Assembly: GCF_003918875.1 (NCBI RefSeq)
Contig: NW_025765978.1
Location: 1-64,000 of the forward strand
Direction of reading: 5' to 3'
DNA: 64,000 bases
DNA from: Haliotis rubra
Taxonomy: Eukaryota
Shown here: positions 1 to 14,035 of the stretch, piece by piece
How positions within the stretch are numbered: position 1 is the stretch's first letter
Layout of the letters: each line of letters begins with the position of its first letter
Made by a program: the position numbers and the translations under genes
Notes under the pieces: model-generated
Told to the model about the DNA's origin: nothing
The model's database searches: none
The model's input: only the letters and a program-made list of their open reading frames with translations

Positions 1-535
1 ATTTCAGCCCACACACCGCAAGGCAAACCAAATATTTAATTGAACGTGTGTGTTTTTCACACTACAGAAAGACTGACAAGTTCAGCATTTTGGCTGCCTT
101 CGGCCGTTTACAAGGACGGATATGGCATGATGTGGCAAGGCACTTCAGCGTGTATAGTTGAGAACATAAAACCTATGGACCCGATACAAAAATGCTGCAG
201 GAGTGTTGTGACAGTTGGTTTGCGTTGACTTGGGTACACGCACCCAGGATCTCTACATCCGGTTGAGACATTTCGTTCCTTACGGCCGCATCATCCACAA
301 CAATCCAAATCCCTGGACTGCTCCGAATCCGACCAGACGGTGCGCAACTGGCTATGAAGCCAGACCTTTTGCCAGAGAGGGGACCAATTCAACGTCGTCG
401 TTCCCCTACATCAACGTAATCTTTGGAGCATGACAATGTTCGACCCACGTTGCACATTTGACAGGTCTTCCTCCAGCAAAACAATGTTCAGTTGTTACCT
501 TGGCCTTCTCTATCACCGGATTTGTCCCCATTGTC
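1..535 (+). mobile_element. Degenerate Tc1-like transposase remnant, same family as 63386-64000
   Basis: Colinear similarity to 63420-63850 (cggccgtttacaaggacgga; ctatggacccgatacaaaa; caatccaaatccctggactg; agcatgacaatg; tcaccggatttgtccccattg). Translates to QDLYIRL, HDN and PDLSPI motifs of Tc1 DDE transposases; frameshifted and internally deleted. Confidence 0.8.
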
Positions 536-1464
536 ATCATATGGATGAATGAATATACGACTTGAAAAATAAAGTATAGTTGCTGATGTTCAAACGTCTT
601 GAGTACTGTTTGGAGCTTGGGTACATGGACATTACAAGAGAGTACGGTGTGCGGACCACAAAACCCTGTGGACAAAGCCTTCGGCGAAACCCCGGTACAA
701 ACCTCACCATGTAAGACACACGCACACACACAGAGCTCCAAATGAATAATGAAGATTGTTTATCATACAAATATTTTATTCAGCCGACATTACATGCGTA
801 TGAACACTAGCGCACAAACTGGGTCCCATCACAATATCATGGAATACTAAAATTCATGATCAATTATTACGATTTATTCCCACTTTTGCACTCACACACA
901 CACCTGTCAAAGGGCTAGAACAGTTGTCCCGGTTTGGCAGTAACGTTTATGATTCACACCTCATACTTAGCCCTTTGACACCTCGCTAATGAGTCTTAAT
1001 TGATTTAATCAACTCCTGTGTAGAGTGAAGAAGCGTAGCAGAATAATATGTAAGAATGATATTGGTCATGATTATTTTATTCTACATTTGCAAAGTATTT
1101 CTGATGTTCTAATGGCTATGCCATCAGTAATTGGTCACTTGTGCCGGTGTTCTCCTTTACAGCCTGGCTTTCCATGGAATTGTGCCATTCTTGTTTGCTG
1201 TCCGTCTGAGATATAGCGATAGCCATCCAGCATGTCGGCACCTTGGCATAGCTGCATCCAGGATCTGTCTCTTCCATAGTGAGCATAAGTGTAACGAGGA
1301 ATTTTCAGTTTCAAATCTATATTAGTTATCTACCATGGCTCATCTTTTTCTATCTAACCTCTTTGCTTTTACAAACCTCCTCAATTACTTCGTTGCGGTG
1401 AATTGTCCCATTAGCACCTTAGTTACCACCTTGACAGAATTTCAATTGATCTTAATTGGTCACA

Positions 1465-1624
1465 GGGGCGGTGGGTAGCCTAGTGGTTCAAGCGTTGGCT
1501 CGTCGCGCCGAAGACCAGGTTCGATTCCCACATGGGCTGTCATGTTAAGCGACTGGGTGTCCCCGCCGTGATATTGCTGGAATATTGCTAAAAGCGGCGT
1601 GAAACTAAACTCAGTCCAGTCAGT
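1465..1624 (+). mobile_element. tRNA-derived SINE, family A
   Basis: A-box tagcctagtgg, B-box ggttcgattcc, tail ggaatattgctaaaagcggcgt followed by (cagt)n; several homologous copies in the window. Confidence 0.9.
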
Positions 1625-1699
1625 AATTAGATTACACCAGTTTATGCCCGGATTTTGGCGTGAGATACAACACCTGCATGGTCCAGTGAACATGACTTT

Positions 1700-2965
1700 G
1701 TGAAATGGAAATCAACATTATTACCTACAAGCAATATATTAGGACTCAAATATTAGGAAAATATGAATATTGAATATTAGTTTCATCATTAATAAGTAAC
1801 AGCTTAGAGGAGCTTTTGGTTTGGTAACAAAATCCATTTCACAGACATACTATTGAAAAGGTATAACCTTCCTTGTTATTTTCAATATCATGCTGGAATG
1901 CTACTGCCGCAACGTAGACATGGTTAATTGACATGACTCAAATTAATTGTTGAAGCTCATTATGCTTTAAGTAGTCTTGCAATCCCAGATAGGACTAACT
2001 CACAATACACTTACTGTCACCTACAACAACACGTCATCTGCAGCCCTAGACGTTTAGGTATCAGTCATTCACATTAAGGCTCATTACAGGAGACATCGAC
2101 CAAGCCTGCTTGTTGATTGCTGGGTCCTCTAACTGGCCTACCTGGATTTATAATGCCACCCTGCATATAATGACATGTATTTTATCCTGGCATTATATAG
2201 TGGAGATTTATCGTTACGTATACCCTTGAAGTTATCGAGGGTGCTCTATTGGGGGCGATAGCCAATTCAAGAAGGAATTGCAAAACTTGAATATTGCACA
2301 CCTCATCAGGAAGGTCGTTCTTGTATATCCCCGATTTCGGCACCGTAAAGTATAAGATTGGTTGTATTTTACTATCAATTATAATGGACGCAGTTTTTAT
2401 TGAGATGTTCCGGAACTTATAGATGAAGCGTTTGACATTGTGTAAAACTGTCGGCTTGTTCGCCTAATAGTGTTTCACTAGCTTGCGGAAAATACATTTC
2501 TTCATTAAAACAGGTTGATATTTATTAAAGGCAACTTCTAGTAATTTTTCCATTTATTTGCCATCTCGCGTGTTATGATATTTTGCCGCATTTTTTAAGA
2601 CTACTATCTTCGTTTTCGATATTAATAGTTAATCCCCATTTTTTTACAATATTCGTATAAAATGTCAATTTCTTGTGTGTAGGTTTATAGCAGAGACGTA
2701 CCATATAATGAAACTGTAACCAAATATCGCTTCATCATCCGCAAATAGAATTATATGTTGAGAATAGTTCATCGATGAATATAAATGTTATGTCACTGGA
2801 ATAGGAATCATATCTCACGGGATCATCTACATACATTATGAATAGTACTGGCGAAATTATACGGCCTGTCTTACCCCAGAAGAAGCAAGAAAACACAACC
2901 TTTGATAATCCCCTACAAATGGCATCAATTATCTCCCACTGACACTGAGAACTTGGAAAACAAAT
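1700..2965 (-). mobile_element. Degenerate LINE (L2/CR1-like) reverse transcriptase and 3' region
   Basis: Minus-strand translation gives GVRQG-like/ISPVLFIMYVDD, FADD (tttgcggatgat), GLTINI and KIQPILY..GAEI motifs; many frameshifts. Boundaries approximate. Confidence 0.75.
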
Positions 2966-3953
2966 CTTGGCCAACATTGTTCCATTTCGGATGAAATCTC
3001 AGTTTTAAGGGTCTTATGATATCTAGTTGATTCTCAACTTGAAACGCCCTTCACCTCCATACCAGTTCAAAAGAAAGTCAAGGCCTATCATGCTGACCAG
3101 CAATTATGACAACTGCAGTATGATATTCAGAATGGCGTATTGCTTATTTCGCCCTACTGTGGCATTTGGGCGAGCATTGGTGTCTCAAGTCCTGAACACG
3201 TGTTCACTTGAAGCCTCTAACGGTGGCAAAAAATAAACAGTCTGGGCCTCAGAGTTCGGGTTTGCAGATTCTGAACCTTTTCCGTACTCAACCGGGCGTT
3301 TGTTACCATCAAGAGCCGCCTTCATTCAGGGCCCCGTGCCGGTCGGGCGACGAATTTATACGACAACGTCTCATGCGCAAACTTTGCGGCCATCCTCCAC
3401 TCAGCACCCTTGCATTTGCCGGAATATGTCCATTGTTGGATGGTGAGGCCGGTTGCTGAAACTTGCTACAGAAGGCGGTTGTCAAACGACGGTGGCGTGA
3501 GAAACCGGTTCCGGTTTGCGGGCTACTCAATTGACCAGGGTTGTTCACGTTCTGGACTCAAAAGGTCGTTTGAAAATGGAATCGCTCCGTTCTCTCCTCA
3601 CCAAATCCCATCTTGTTGCTCTCCGTCGTGTCTTCACCTCCGCCTGCAACTTCCGATAAACAGCCAGCTCTGTCTGTTGTCTCCTGCGCATCCTCGATAA
3701 TCTCCAGGGTATACGTACGATCAGTCTTCACCATATAGTGGGTGGTCGCTTACTCGGGAAGTTATCGTATCATAACGTGCGGGAAGGTTTTAACCAACCC
3801 TTGTTTCTTCAGGTTTGATACCCCTTATCTAAGTGCCATCCCTAGTTCCGCCAAAGGCCCTGTTCCAAGCAAACGTAGCAGGAAAATGATGAAAGTGGTG
3901 AGGGCAGAAAAGAAGATATGATAAAATGAATGTTGGAAGAGGGTGTAAAGAAA

Positions 3954-4100
3954 GTGAGTGAGCATGGAACACCGCTTTAGCGGCTATCACGGCTAGGGAC
4001 GCCTGGAATGGGCTTTACACGTTGTACCCATGTGAGAGTCGAACCCGGAGCACTCAGCGTGACGAGAGGACGCTTTAACCGATAAGCTACCCTACCAACC
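3954..4100 (-). mobile_element. SINE family A, diverged copy
   Basis: Reverse complement has the gggtagc..ggttaaagcgt..cgtcacg..ccgggttcgac head and a cactcac tail. Confidence 0.8.
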
Positions 4101-7100
4101 CAGAAGATCGAGAGTGTAAAACAGAGAGGGTGAAAATATATTGGGAAAGACGGAGATCCTGAGAATTGGAACAGATGAGGAACTGACGAGAAGAGAGTTG
4201 CTGCGGAGCTGGCAGCTGTAAGAAGGCGAGGAAAAAACACAGGGATTAGTAAACGAATGAGGGAAGAGGGGTCTTGTTGATGGTGAGTGATCATGAGACA
4301 CTGTAAGAGATGTGGACTGAGGCGCGGTGGAAATATTCTTTATTAGTAAAAACTTATTTTTTTTATTTTATCGACAAGATTGACATCAAATATTTTTAAA
4401 AATTAACCTGGAAGAATGGGGCCTGGGGAAGCATGCCAGATTGCATTCAGACGTTGGCTAGCGTTGTCAATGGTTTTGCCAACTTATTGGGCCCAACGTG
4501 TGAATCTTATCGTGCTATCGACAATTATTCTTTTTCTATGTTTTGATCTTTTAAATGGACATCTAAAAACGTATGTGCTGATGGAATAAATATCTTAACT
4601 GACCTTTGACCTGTAGGAAGAGCATTTGGGTGTTTTCGACAAGATTTGACATAAAAATTAAGAAAAACCTGAATTGGACCACGCAAGACGAAGATGTCAT
4701 GAGTTCCATGTCGGGTGCATGCAAACTTACTTCAGAAAGTGACGGTTTTGTGTTGCCCTACTACAGTGAGGAGTAACAGATAACCCATGCTTCCTGGAAC
4801 CGTGAATGTAGATGTGTGAATATATATTAATAATATTTATTAACCATTTTCCTTTTGAGATGAGGAAGGACGCAGTTATTTACAGCATATACTTTTGATG
4901 AAAACAATGCGTTACTATAGGAGAATAGCATTTCAAACTGAATTACCTATTGAAAATAGAACATTAGATATTAGAGATCTGGCATGCACGAAATGGAAAC
5001 ACGTTGTTTTGTTTGGAACGAATTAATAGAATAAACCTGATTTTAAAATTGCATTTTTTCCAGTTCCTGTTCAAAATGCGTTTGATGCAAATAATAAATT
5101 AGAAAATGATAATGGAACGTTTCTCTCTATTAAAATAATGTCAAAATCGGACATATTAACTGGTTTCTTTCACTAAGACATGTACATAATACATTTCATT
5201 ACATTCATTTTGTTACGACGGACACATTTTAGTATTTAAACAGGCGGTGATGTAAAGAGCAGCTTATATTAGGTTATATCACAGTGAGATTGGGTTTGTT
5301 CAACGATTTCGGATTTTTATAACAAATTCCAAATGTAAAATTTGTTCAATATTTCTCAAAGTTTGAAAGACAATAGTTTTATTACCATATTTATGTCACA
5401 TGTTGACCATTCAGAAGGGGCGATAACTGGCATTTGGTTGTGAATGCGAAAAGATTTACAACAGCACTTCGACAGCCTTGGGCCCCGTCTCGCATATCGC
5501 TAAAAATTCGCCAAAGCGATATGCGACACTTCTAAGCTGGGCCCGATCTAGCTTTGTCGAACGTTAAACGCGCAAAGGGAGCCGGGAACCAGCTTAATGC
5601 TAACTGGCTGGCCTCATGGAACTCTGGGTAGGAGAGTGGATAGTTATTATTTCCGGTTTGGTCTTATGCTTTATATATTATTTGGTGAAACCGGTGACAA
5701 CGATGTATAACCAGGAAGGATAGTTAAAAGGACGCGTGAGGGTACGGCATTTTCTATGCAATAAACAAGGTGTTTGAGCTGATGTCGCCATGTAATGATC
5801 ATATTGTCAGGGCGTAGCGAAACAACGGTATCCATAGATATATGTTGCTGAAAATTGACCACCAGTGAAAATGGGGCTAAAAAAGTAAACAGAGGTCGTG
5901 TTAAACTGGCGCCGGTGGCTTTATGTACACTTCAGAAGATTGCCGTAATGTTTCCATTGCGAGTGTTCCAGGGAGGACAGCATTCGGCATGTAATGGAAA
6001 GCTTAGAACCACATTGGAGGTAAGTTTCTGTATCTAAATATCCTGTACAGGCGCATTTGCAGGTCAAATCGGTAAACTAGGCCCCAGTATTAACACCTTC
6101 TATATAATGCAGGGAATGTTGATGCTAAACGAGGCCTAGTTCAATGTTCCTATAATCTGTGCAAATCCGGTAATTCCGCGCACCTGGGCATCGATCAACA
6201 ACACTGCAACTAACGTCTCTCTATTTTTTGTGACTAAACATACTGGTATGCATCACATTTACCTAGAAATATAAGTTTTATTCCTGAAGCTATAAGATTT
6301 TAACGGTTGCATTATTAGGGCCACATTATTTTCAAAATCACTTCATCAATGTAAGGAAGAGTGTTTAAATCATATTAAACGAAGTATGAAAGATAATGAA
6401 CTGGAATATTGCTGAGTCGCGTAAAACTACTCACTCACTAAAAAGCAATTTTCATAAAACTGTCAATTTATCTGTCAATTACTGTAATTTACTTATCTTT
6501 AGTGATTGAAAGCCAGTCCCTTTAATAGAAATGTCCGATTTCAAGCGTAAATGTGGTAGCAGGCGATGTTTACCTTCGATGCGAGGAATACTCTTTTGCA
6601 GCGCATGAAGTGCGGACGTTGGCGAGAATTACCAGACTCACTTGTAATGTAAATTTGAGGACATCTATTTTGCATTGCACCTATCATTTCGGGTTCATGC
6701 GGTCACTACTACATGAAGTCATGTCAGAGTTTGTGTTTGTAAACATGAAGTCGTCTTATTATTCCTGCTGTCGCGATTTGAAATCAAAAAGCTTCAAATG
6801 AGTTTTATCAAAAAGTTTTTCTAGCTAACATTTAATGCTTCTGCACTAATGCAAAATCATTGAGAGGAAAATGAGCCTAAAATAGTTTTTCGTTCATGAC
6901 AGCACCCATCTGCGTAGTATACCGCCTATACTAGGAGTGCGAGATAAAGTCTGACAAAAGCTGCTGTAAAGCTTTATTTATTAAATAAAGCTTTTATCGG
7001 GTACTTATCTCTTTCAGCTGAATTAATGCGCCTACGCATTATTTTAGGCTTTCCCTGTCATATGACCTGAAGCCAACACTCATGGCATGTTTCACTTGTG

Positions 7101-8089
7101 ATCCTTTCGGCTATGTTGTTTCATATCAACCTATATAATGTTGATCTGGCGAAATAATTTAATGTGAATCTCCTATAAGTTTATTTGGTTTTAAGTAATG
7201 AAAGCTTGTTGGGCTTGTTGTATCCCTTGTTCTGGTCTGTTGTGCTGTTAGGGCTTGTTCCAAATTCTTGTTTCATTTGTGATGAGTTGTGAATTCAGTT
7301 ACCAGCGAAACTCATCCACGGGGTTTTTACTCCATTGAGTGCCGTTGAAATATGATCGGCTATTGTGTTTCCCAACTTTGCTTGGCTAGAATTCTAATTT
7401 AAAATTAGATGTTTCAATGCTACGATGTAATTTCACGAGATACAAACTTAAGCACCAATCCACCAACCCTGACTACCCCAGCTGTTATTTCAATGCCTAG
7501 CACTATAGGTGTGGCTCGATGGTGGTGTAATAACGACAACCTACGCACCTAATCATCCATACTGGCTGCTGCATAAGGAGGTATCAACCCCATCCACGAA
7601 ATTATAAACTCTATGGTATTTCTTACATGCTGTATGCCATGTCGCGATGAATTCTTCTGAGTTGGCGTTTTATCTCACATAACTGTGTTCAAGCGAAATC
7701 CGTCTACAGGTTTCAGTGTTTTGCTACTTCACGACTGGGTACAGTCCCATCCGCAATATTATTGTATTATATATAATAAGATAAAATTTAATTGGTTTAG
7801 TTAATTTCTTATCAATGTATTTGAGGCTTATAAGGCTTAGATTTTATGCAAAGAAAATCCCTGAGACATCAATAGAGCACATCTTGGTCCAAAATACAGC
7901 CCCCTCGAGGCTTTTTGTAAATATCTCTTCATCCAATGACTTCCAGTCGATCTCAAACTGTGCAGAGTGGATGTTTTGTCAGACAACCTAATCACATTGT
8001 AAATCACCGATTTTATGCATTTGTATTAAAGAATCTATCCAAAATATACAGCAGAGCGCATAAACTTGCTTTGCAGAGAGAGGAGCCAA

Positions 8090-8430
8090 TGACCTGTAAC
8101 AGCGGCGTCGTCTAGGTCGAACAGTTTGCCACCCGGCGGCTGGGTATAAATGTCCATTAGGTCCTCGTCGATTCGCGGACTAGACCATACCGAGAGTGTT
8201 GCTGTTCTTGCGGCTCCTGCGGTCATTGGCGATATCGGGTTAAAGTTACTGCCGGATCCACGTAGAAGCCGGGGACTTCAATAGCGTTGTAAATGTTATT
8301 TTTCAGTTGCAAAGGTACAGTTTACCGATCTATTCCTGGTTCGTCAAATCCACCAGTGTCCCGAGGTCGAATCTCGGCTAGGTTGGCACATTTTTCTTAA
8401 TCAAGTTCCTGGACCATGACGCAAGCTAGT
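8090..8430 (-). mobile_element. Highly degenerate RTE-clade LINE RT fragment
   Basis: Ordered remnants EKC, LVDLT, a QGCVLAPTLF-like segment (AGAARTATLSV) and DIYTQPPGGKLFDL resemble the RTE signatures QEKC, FVDLTKAFD and GIYIRYRTDGKLFNL. Confidence 0.5.
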
Positions 8431-11400
8431 CATTATTGTATGTGCAGCGTTATGCTGAGGTACCCTATATTAATGGGATGTTTTTAATATCTAAAATACA
8501 CATTTTTAATTCAGAGATGGTACCTTGTGTTAATTTCTTGTATGCTTACTGCCGTGGTGAACCGCGATTAGGTTCTGCCGTCGTTGTACTTTTTCGTTTT
8601 CACTGGTACTGCTCTCAACAGCGTAATTAGAAGGGCATTCACACCTTGAATGTTTTATCTGTCTGTAGTGCTCAGCTGGTCGAGATGAATGCACAGTTCA
8701 GCGGTATGGAACTAGGTCGGGTAATCCCATGCCTGTGGCCGGTGTTTGTCGAGGTATTTTTGCTTCGGCGGCAACCCAAGTGTTCACCGCCAGCGGCGGC
8801 TGGAGTCTCAAGGCGTTTCTTCCGTTGTTAGTTAACCACGGCCCGTGGCGTTCGAGTCGTTAATTTTGAGTTCGACTCCACCGGGTTCGAAGTGTTCATT
8901 GCTGGCGAGCACACACTGCTGTAGTAGCCGTGCGGTTATGTGGTTATGTTGTTGTTGCTGCTGTTGATGTTGGTCCATTCGCGGGCGGTAGGTGATATCG
9001 CAGAGTCGCGACCCGAGTTGACCTGGCGTGTTATCGATCGCGTGCATCAGTTAAGCGGACTCACCACTCATTATTTCTGGAAGTGTCACATACATATTAA
9101 AGTATATATACCCATTATATAATAATTTTAAAATGTAGAATGGCGGGAGTGTTTTTACCCTAAAATGGATATAGATTTCCACACATATGAAGACCCGTGG
9201 GTCGATGCGGTTTACATTTCAGAGCACAGTTTATTGATGTGTTTAAAATTACAGGGTTTCATTGGCCGGTTCCTGGCTAAAAATCAATTCAATTTACGCC
9301 GTGTAGTGCGCTACAGCTAGGTGTGGCTTGGCGTTGGCGACACGACACTTTCGGCGTGATCCGGGCTGTGTTTATGTTTCCGTGTACTTTCAGATAAGGC
9401 GTATCGTCAAAGAAATCAGCTCAGCTTCCACAGGACAAAGGGTGGGATGCAGTAAACAATCCATTATGATGAAAAAGCCATGATTTTACCGAATTGAAAT
9501 CCATCCGAGCCAGGCAATTGGCATTTGCGAGGTGGGAACCACGGTTTTGGCATTCCCATCGTTCACAACATGCCTCTAAGCGAAAGCCAGCAAACAGCTG
9601 AAGTGAAAGATTGGGGTTACAAATTCGTATCATTCACGTCAAGACGAGCAGCGATTACATGCCTTTCGGCGACAGCAAAGGATTACAGCGTTTGGAGGTT
9701 TGAGCAGAGACCAGCGGGCCGATTGGAAAATGGTCATGCTGGACGCCCGAAGGGTTTACTTGTGCTGAATTGTCATCAGATTGAACAATTCTATTGAGGC
9801 GTACATGTGGGCGTGCTTTCGGCAGCTCAAAGCAGCGTTCGGCATGCGTGGGTAAAGGGACTGCCAGGGCCAGCGCAGAAGCTCCATGGCACCGAGTTCA
9901 GTTCGAGTCTTTTGCAGATCTTGAACGACCTTCTGTGAAAAAATTTGGGCTGTGCGCCACTGTAATTTCGCATGTTTAATTCGTTGCGGATCAGTTGATT
10001 CCCCCAACAGCGATTGGCGAGTGTCAACAAGGCGAGTGGATTTCTCGTGAGATCGACCTCTCAATTGCAGCGCCCTGTTGTTGCCAATTTCAAATTTGGA
10101 ATAGTCTCGTCCCAACGGTTCGCGTAATTCTTATCTCGTCTCAATGCATTGTGATATATATTTACGGTCTGCTTTAAAAGTTTGTTGCTAACGGTATTGC
10201 CCATGAACGAGGTGTCCAGCTGAGGGTCTGTGAAATCGGTCATTTCGATATTGTCCCTTATATTAATTATATTAAATGTATATATTTATATAAATATATA
10301 ATGTCTATCTGAGGAAAAAGCTAGATCCTTTTAGAAGATTAAGAGAGCCTCTTGGTGTCAAAGCGTCAGTCTGTGGCTATCACCAATAATCCGAGCAAAA
10401 ACCAAACCAAAACCAAAACCAAACGCTGTTGGTTCGATTCCCCAACCTGGGCGAGAATGACCTTATCGTTCCGTCCGCGGTTCGGACTGGCGTTTAACAT
10501 GGCATTGACTTCCGACAGCGACAAGCGTGAACTTCATCGTGTGGAATATCGGCCGTACCATCATCAAAAGAAAACCACCATCAAAATCAGCGGCAGCGAA
10601 GGTGTTGGTATAGGCGACAGCGATGTGTTTTACTGTATATATAGATCTATGGGAAAGCCAGGGTGAGCGTTATAATGATGTGTATCAAAGGTATCAGTAA
10701 ATGCGACTTCGGATGGCGTCGAGTGCGTCTTCCGCATAAGATCAGCTCAACAAAATCCTGGCGGACGAAAAAGCCATGCGCCCGAAGAGTATCGGGGGAA
10801 CGGTTTCGCGTGCGCTTCGACTTCAAGTTGCTCCGCGGGACATGCACCCGTTTTACCAGGCAGCGCTGGGCGTCGGTTGGAATCTGAACTCCACGTTTAA
10901 CAACTACAGCAAAGTGATGCGTGCATAAAGCGGGATGCTGAAATAATGGTTGCCGCCATCGACAACATCTCGCTGGAGTTCAACATGATAGCGAGCCGGA
11001 GCTGGCCCGACAGGTTCAAAACCAGTACCGGGAAAGCTGTCCATCCTGTCGCCCGAGTCCTGCGGCACCCGAGCGATCATTACAGGACGGCGCGACAGCT
11101 GTAGATAATCAAATTGAGCGTGCGGGCGTCGATGAAAGGCATCTTGATGCGTTCCTGTGGAGGATTCTGAACCGTTTGAATAGGCGGCGAAAGGTTTTCA
11201 AGCGAAATCCACGAAAGTGGAAGTAAACATCGAGGGCGTGTCCAACCAACTGTTCAGCCAAGGTATGAGGGCACACACCAGCAGTGGGATGAGATGAAAA
11301 ACCAATAGCGTGAAAGAACCCGTGCAGATTAGAGGGATTACCTGACCACCAAGTATGCGCTGTGGTTGGACTATCACGATCCACAGGGCGATGATTGGTT

Positions 11401-11864
11401 GCATGGTAGCGGACGCCCGGCGTCGATAGCGGCAGCGAGGGATAACCATCAAATCACCAAAAATCCCCAAACAAAGGCAAATCAAACAATATATTTATGC
11501 GTGATTATGGGCGTGCAACTTAATATACACAATGGAAGATTAAATTGCAAGCCATCTATTGATTTGCCTCAAGATCTGCGCTAATGGAATTGCCTGGTCA
11601 GGCGGGCTGTTGGAAGACCGTTTTGTGTTGAACATTCTGGAAGGATACTATCTCGGGGCGATGTTCGATAACATCGTTATTATTTGCCTTACTTTACACA
11701 TCAACAAAATGTACACAGAGAGATCTTGGGTGATGACAGACCCGGACGTGCACAAAGTCGATCCGGGGACACGTCTGCAGGATTTCTTGAAAGCTTATCA
11801 CAACAAATTTAAAGGGAGTTGACGCTGTTCATCCTGGGCGACTGCAGCTAATAAAAGAGATCAC

Positions 11865-14035
11865 AAAAAAGAGACATGCTGTGCGTATTTAAGCGTTTTC
11901 TGGCCGATTAACGCCAAAGCGAAGCGTTTGGAGTGCTAAGCAGAAATTCAACTCATTGTTGGAAAACCTCAGGAACAGGAGTAGCGATGGGTAGCCTTAT
12001 TTCACTGCAAGGACAGGGATTACGTTCGAGGAATGCTTGAGAGAAAGCGGCGTGATTCCTAGCAAACTAGAAGCGGGGAACAAGTGAAAAAACAGCTCGC
12101 TGAAGCGAAACCGCCAAACTTCGTGTGTTGAAAACCGGTAACCCGTGTTTTGTCAAGTGTTTTAGTTCAGCAAATTCTAGCAAATTCTTAGCAAATGAAA
12201 GTTTATAGTTTGAGATTAAATGTCGACTTTGGAAATTCTCATCTCGCTGTTTCACGTGCATTGGATATTATTTTATTAGAATTAAAAATCGTTTGTTACA
12301 TTATAAAATGGAGTGCAAGGAACTGCTCAAACAAATATTGGTGGTGGATGATAGCGACAAGCGAGATAGACAACCAACAATAGTGCTGCTACTGCGAATT
12401 TGACAATAATGAGGAAGCAAGTGAGCAACTGAGAAAGAAAAGGCACTATTAAATGGGATGCAGTTTGCCTTACCGCCATTTAAAGCGTCTTCAACATGGT
12501 GTTCACATTTCCATGAACAGGAGAAATCTGGTACTAAGGCAGAGGACACATATTGCCCAGAAACTTCGGATCAGGTGAATACTAAGGTGGATTTATTCCG
12601 CATTAAGTGATTAAAGAGCGGAAGGCGATCAACTACGATCTATCACAAATTGGAAACATGGACCCAAAGCGCCGCTGAACTTTGATATGCCAGGCTATAA
12701 GACCGTGGATGTAAAGAAAGGATCAAAGACAATTTCTGTAAAGCAGAAACTACTGGAAATGAAAAGCAACATTTTCACGGTAGTGCTGGCATGTATGGCG
12801 GATGGCACCAAACTTAAACCCATGATAGTATTCAAAGGAAAACAATGCCGAAAGGACAGATTCCGACCGGGTTATTGTGGCCGTAGATCCCAAAGGGATG
12901 GATGGATGGCGTTGGTTAACAGATGGATCGAGGATGTGTGGTGTGCAAGACCAGGTAGCCTCAGAGGATGCAAGTTGCTCCTGGTATGGGACATGTTCGG
13001 GCCCATTTGTGCGGCGTCTGTGAAAAGAGATTGGTAGACAATAAAACACACCAGGGTTATACCTGGCGGTTATACCTGCATGGTTGCATCGCTCTTACAG
13101 CCACTAGGCGCTTCACTCGATAAACCCTTTAAGATGAACATTCGCAAGAAGTGGGCTGAATGGATGATGGATGGGGATCATACCTTCATGAAATCAAGCG
13201 CCATGAGGAGAGCCTCTCCTGAATTTGCCAAATGGGTGAAGGAATCCTGGGATGAGATCCCAAAGGACATGGTTTCAAAATCATTCCTAAAGTGTGGCAT
13301 TCGAATGCAATGGATGGATCAGAGGATCGAGGCCCTGTTTGAAGATTTTATCACCAATGATCCTAGAGCTGATGAAGATGGCGTCCTTGGATGTGAAAAC
13401 TTAGATGACTATTATGATGACAACACAGATGAATTGACCTGGCAGGCACTGGCTGGAGAAGACAATAACACAGAGTTCGATGGTTTCACAGCGGACGATA
13501 TATATAAATTACCGGTAGATGTGAATGTTCAATGAATGTACAAATTATTTTTCATCACTGTATTCATTCTGTATTATTGTGGAAAGCTGTATGTGTAATA
13601 TAGTGTTTTGAATGAAAAATGACTTCAGTTTTATTTACTGTGGGTACTTTTCTCATGGGTTCATATTTCTACATGCACCGACTTCACAAAATGGCGCCTT
13701 TGTTGTTGATGCATACAAACAGTGATCGTTGGGATTATAAGAAAGAAAACAAACACAGGTTTCTAGAATAATGGTCAGTATGATCTTTATTAGATACTAT
13801 TTTCACTCTAAACATACTTACGTTTTACATCCAACTGCCAGATGTCTTGTGGTGTGAGTTGGCCATAGCGTGGGGTCGCAGTAATGCGTTTTACATCCGA
13901 CTGCCAGATGTCTAGTGGTGTGAGTTGGACGCGACTTCTTCGCTGGGGTCGGACATAATACGAAACATACCATTTTGACACTCATTTCAAGGGTCAAGCT
14001 ATGGGTCAGGGCTTATCTACTGATATATCACGGTA
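11865..14035 (+). mobile_element. pogo-family (POGK-like) DNA transposon with frameshifted CENP-B HTH + DDE transposase
   Basis: FKASSTWCSHF, LRQRTHIAQKL, IGNMD, FTVVLACMADGTKLKPMIVFKG, LLVWDMF, IPGG..SLLQPLG, WVKESWDEIPKDMVSKSFLKCGI and an acidic tail ending at 13535. Right-TIR-like ggcttatctactgatatatcacggta ends at 14035; left TIR not located. Confidence 0.88.

Noticed and set aside
8940-9122. Signal-peptide-like ORF MVMLLLLLLML
   Set aside because: Produced by a (tgt/tgc)n microsatellite; nothing supports a gene.
11128-11195. HLDAFLWR as a Merlin/ISXO2 transposase C-terminus
   Set aside because: Single short motif with no upstream DDE motifs identifiable.
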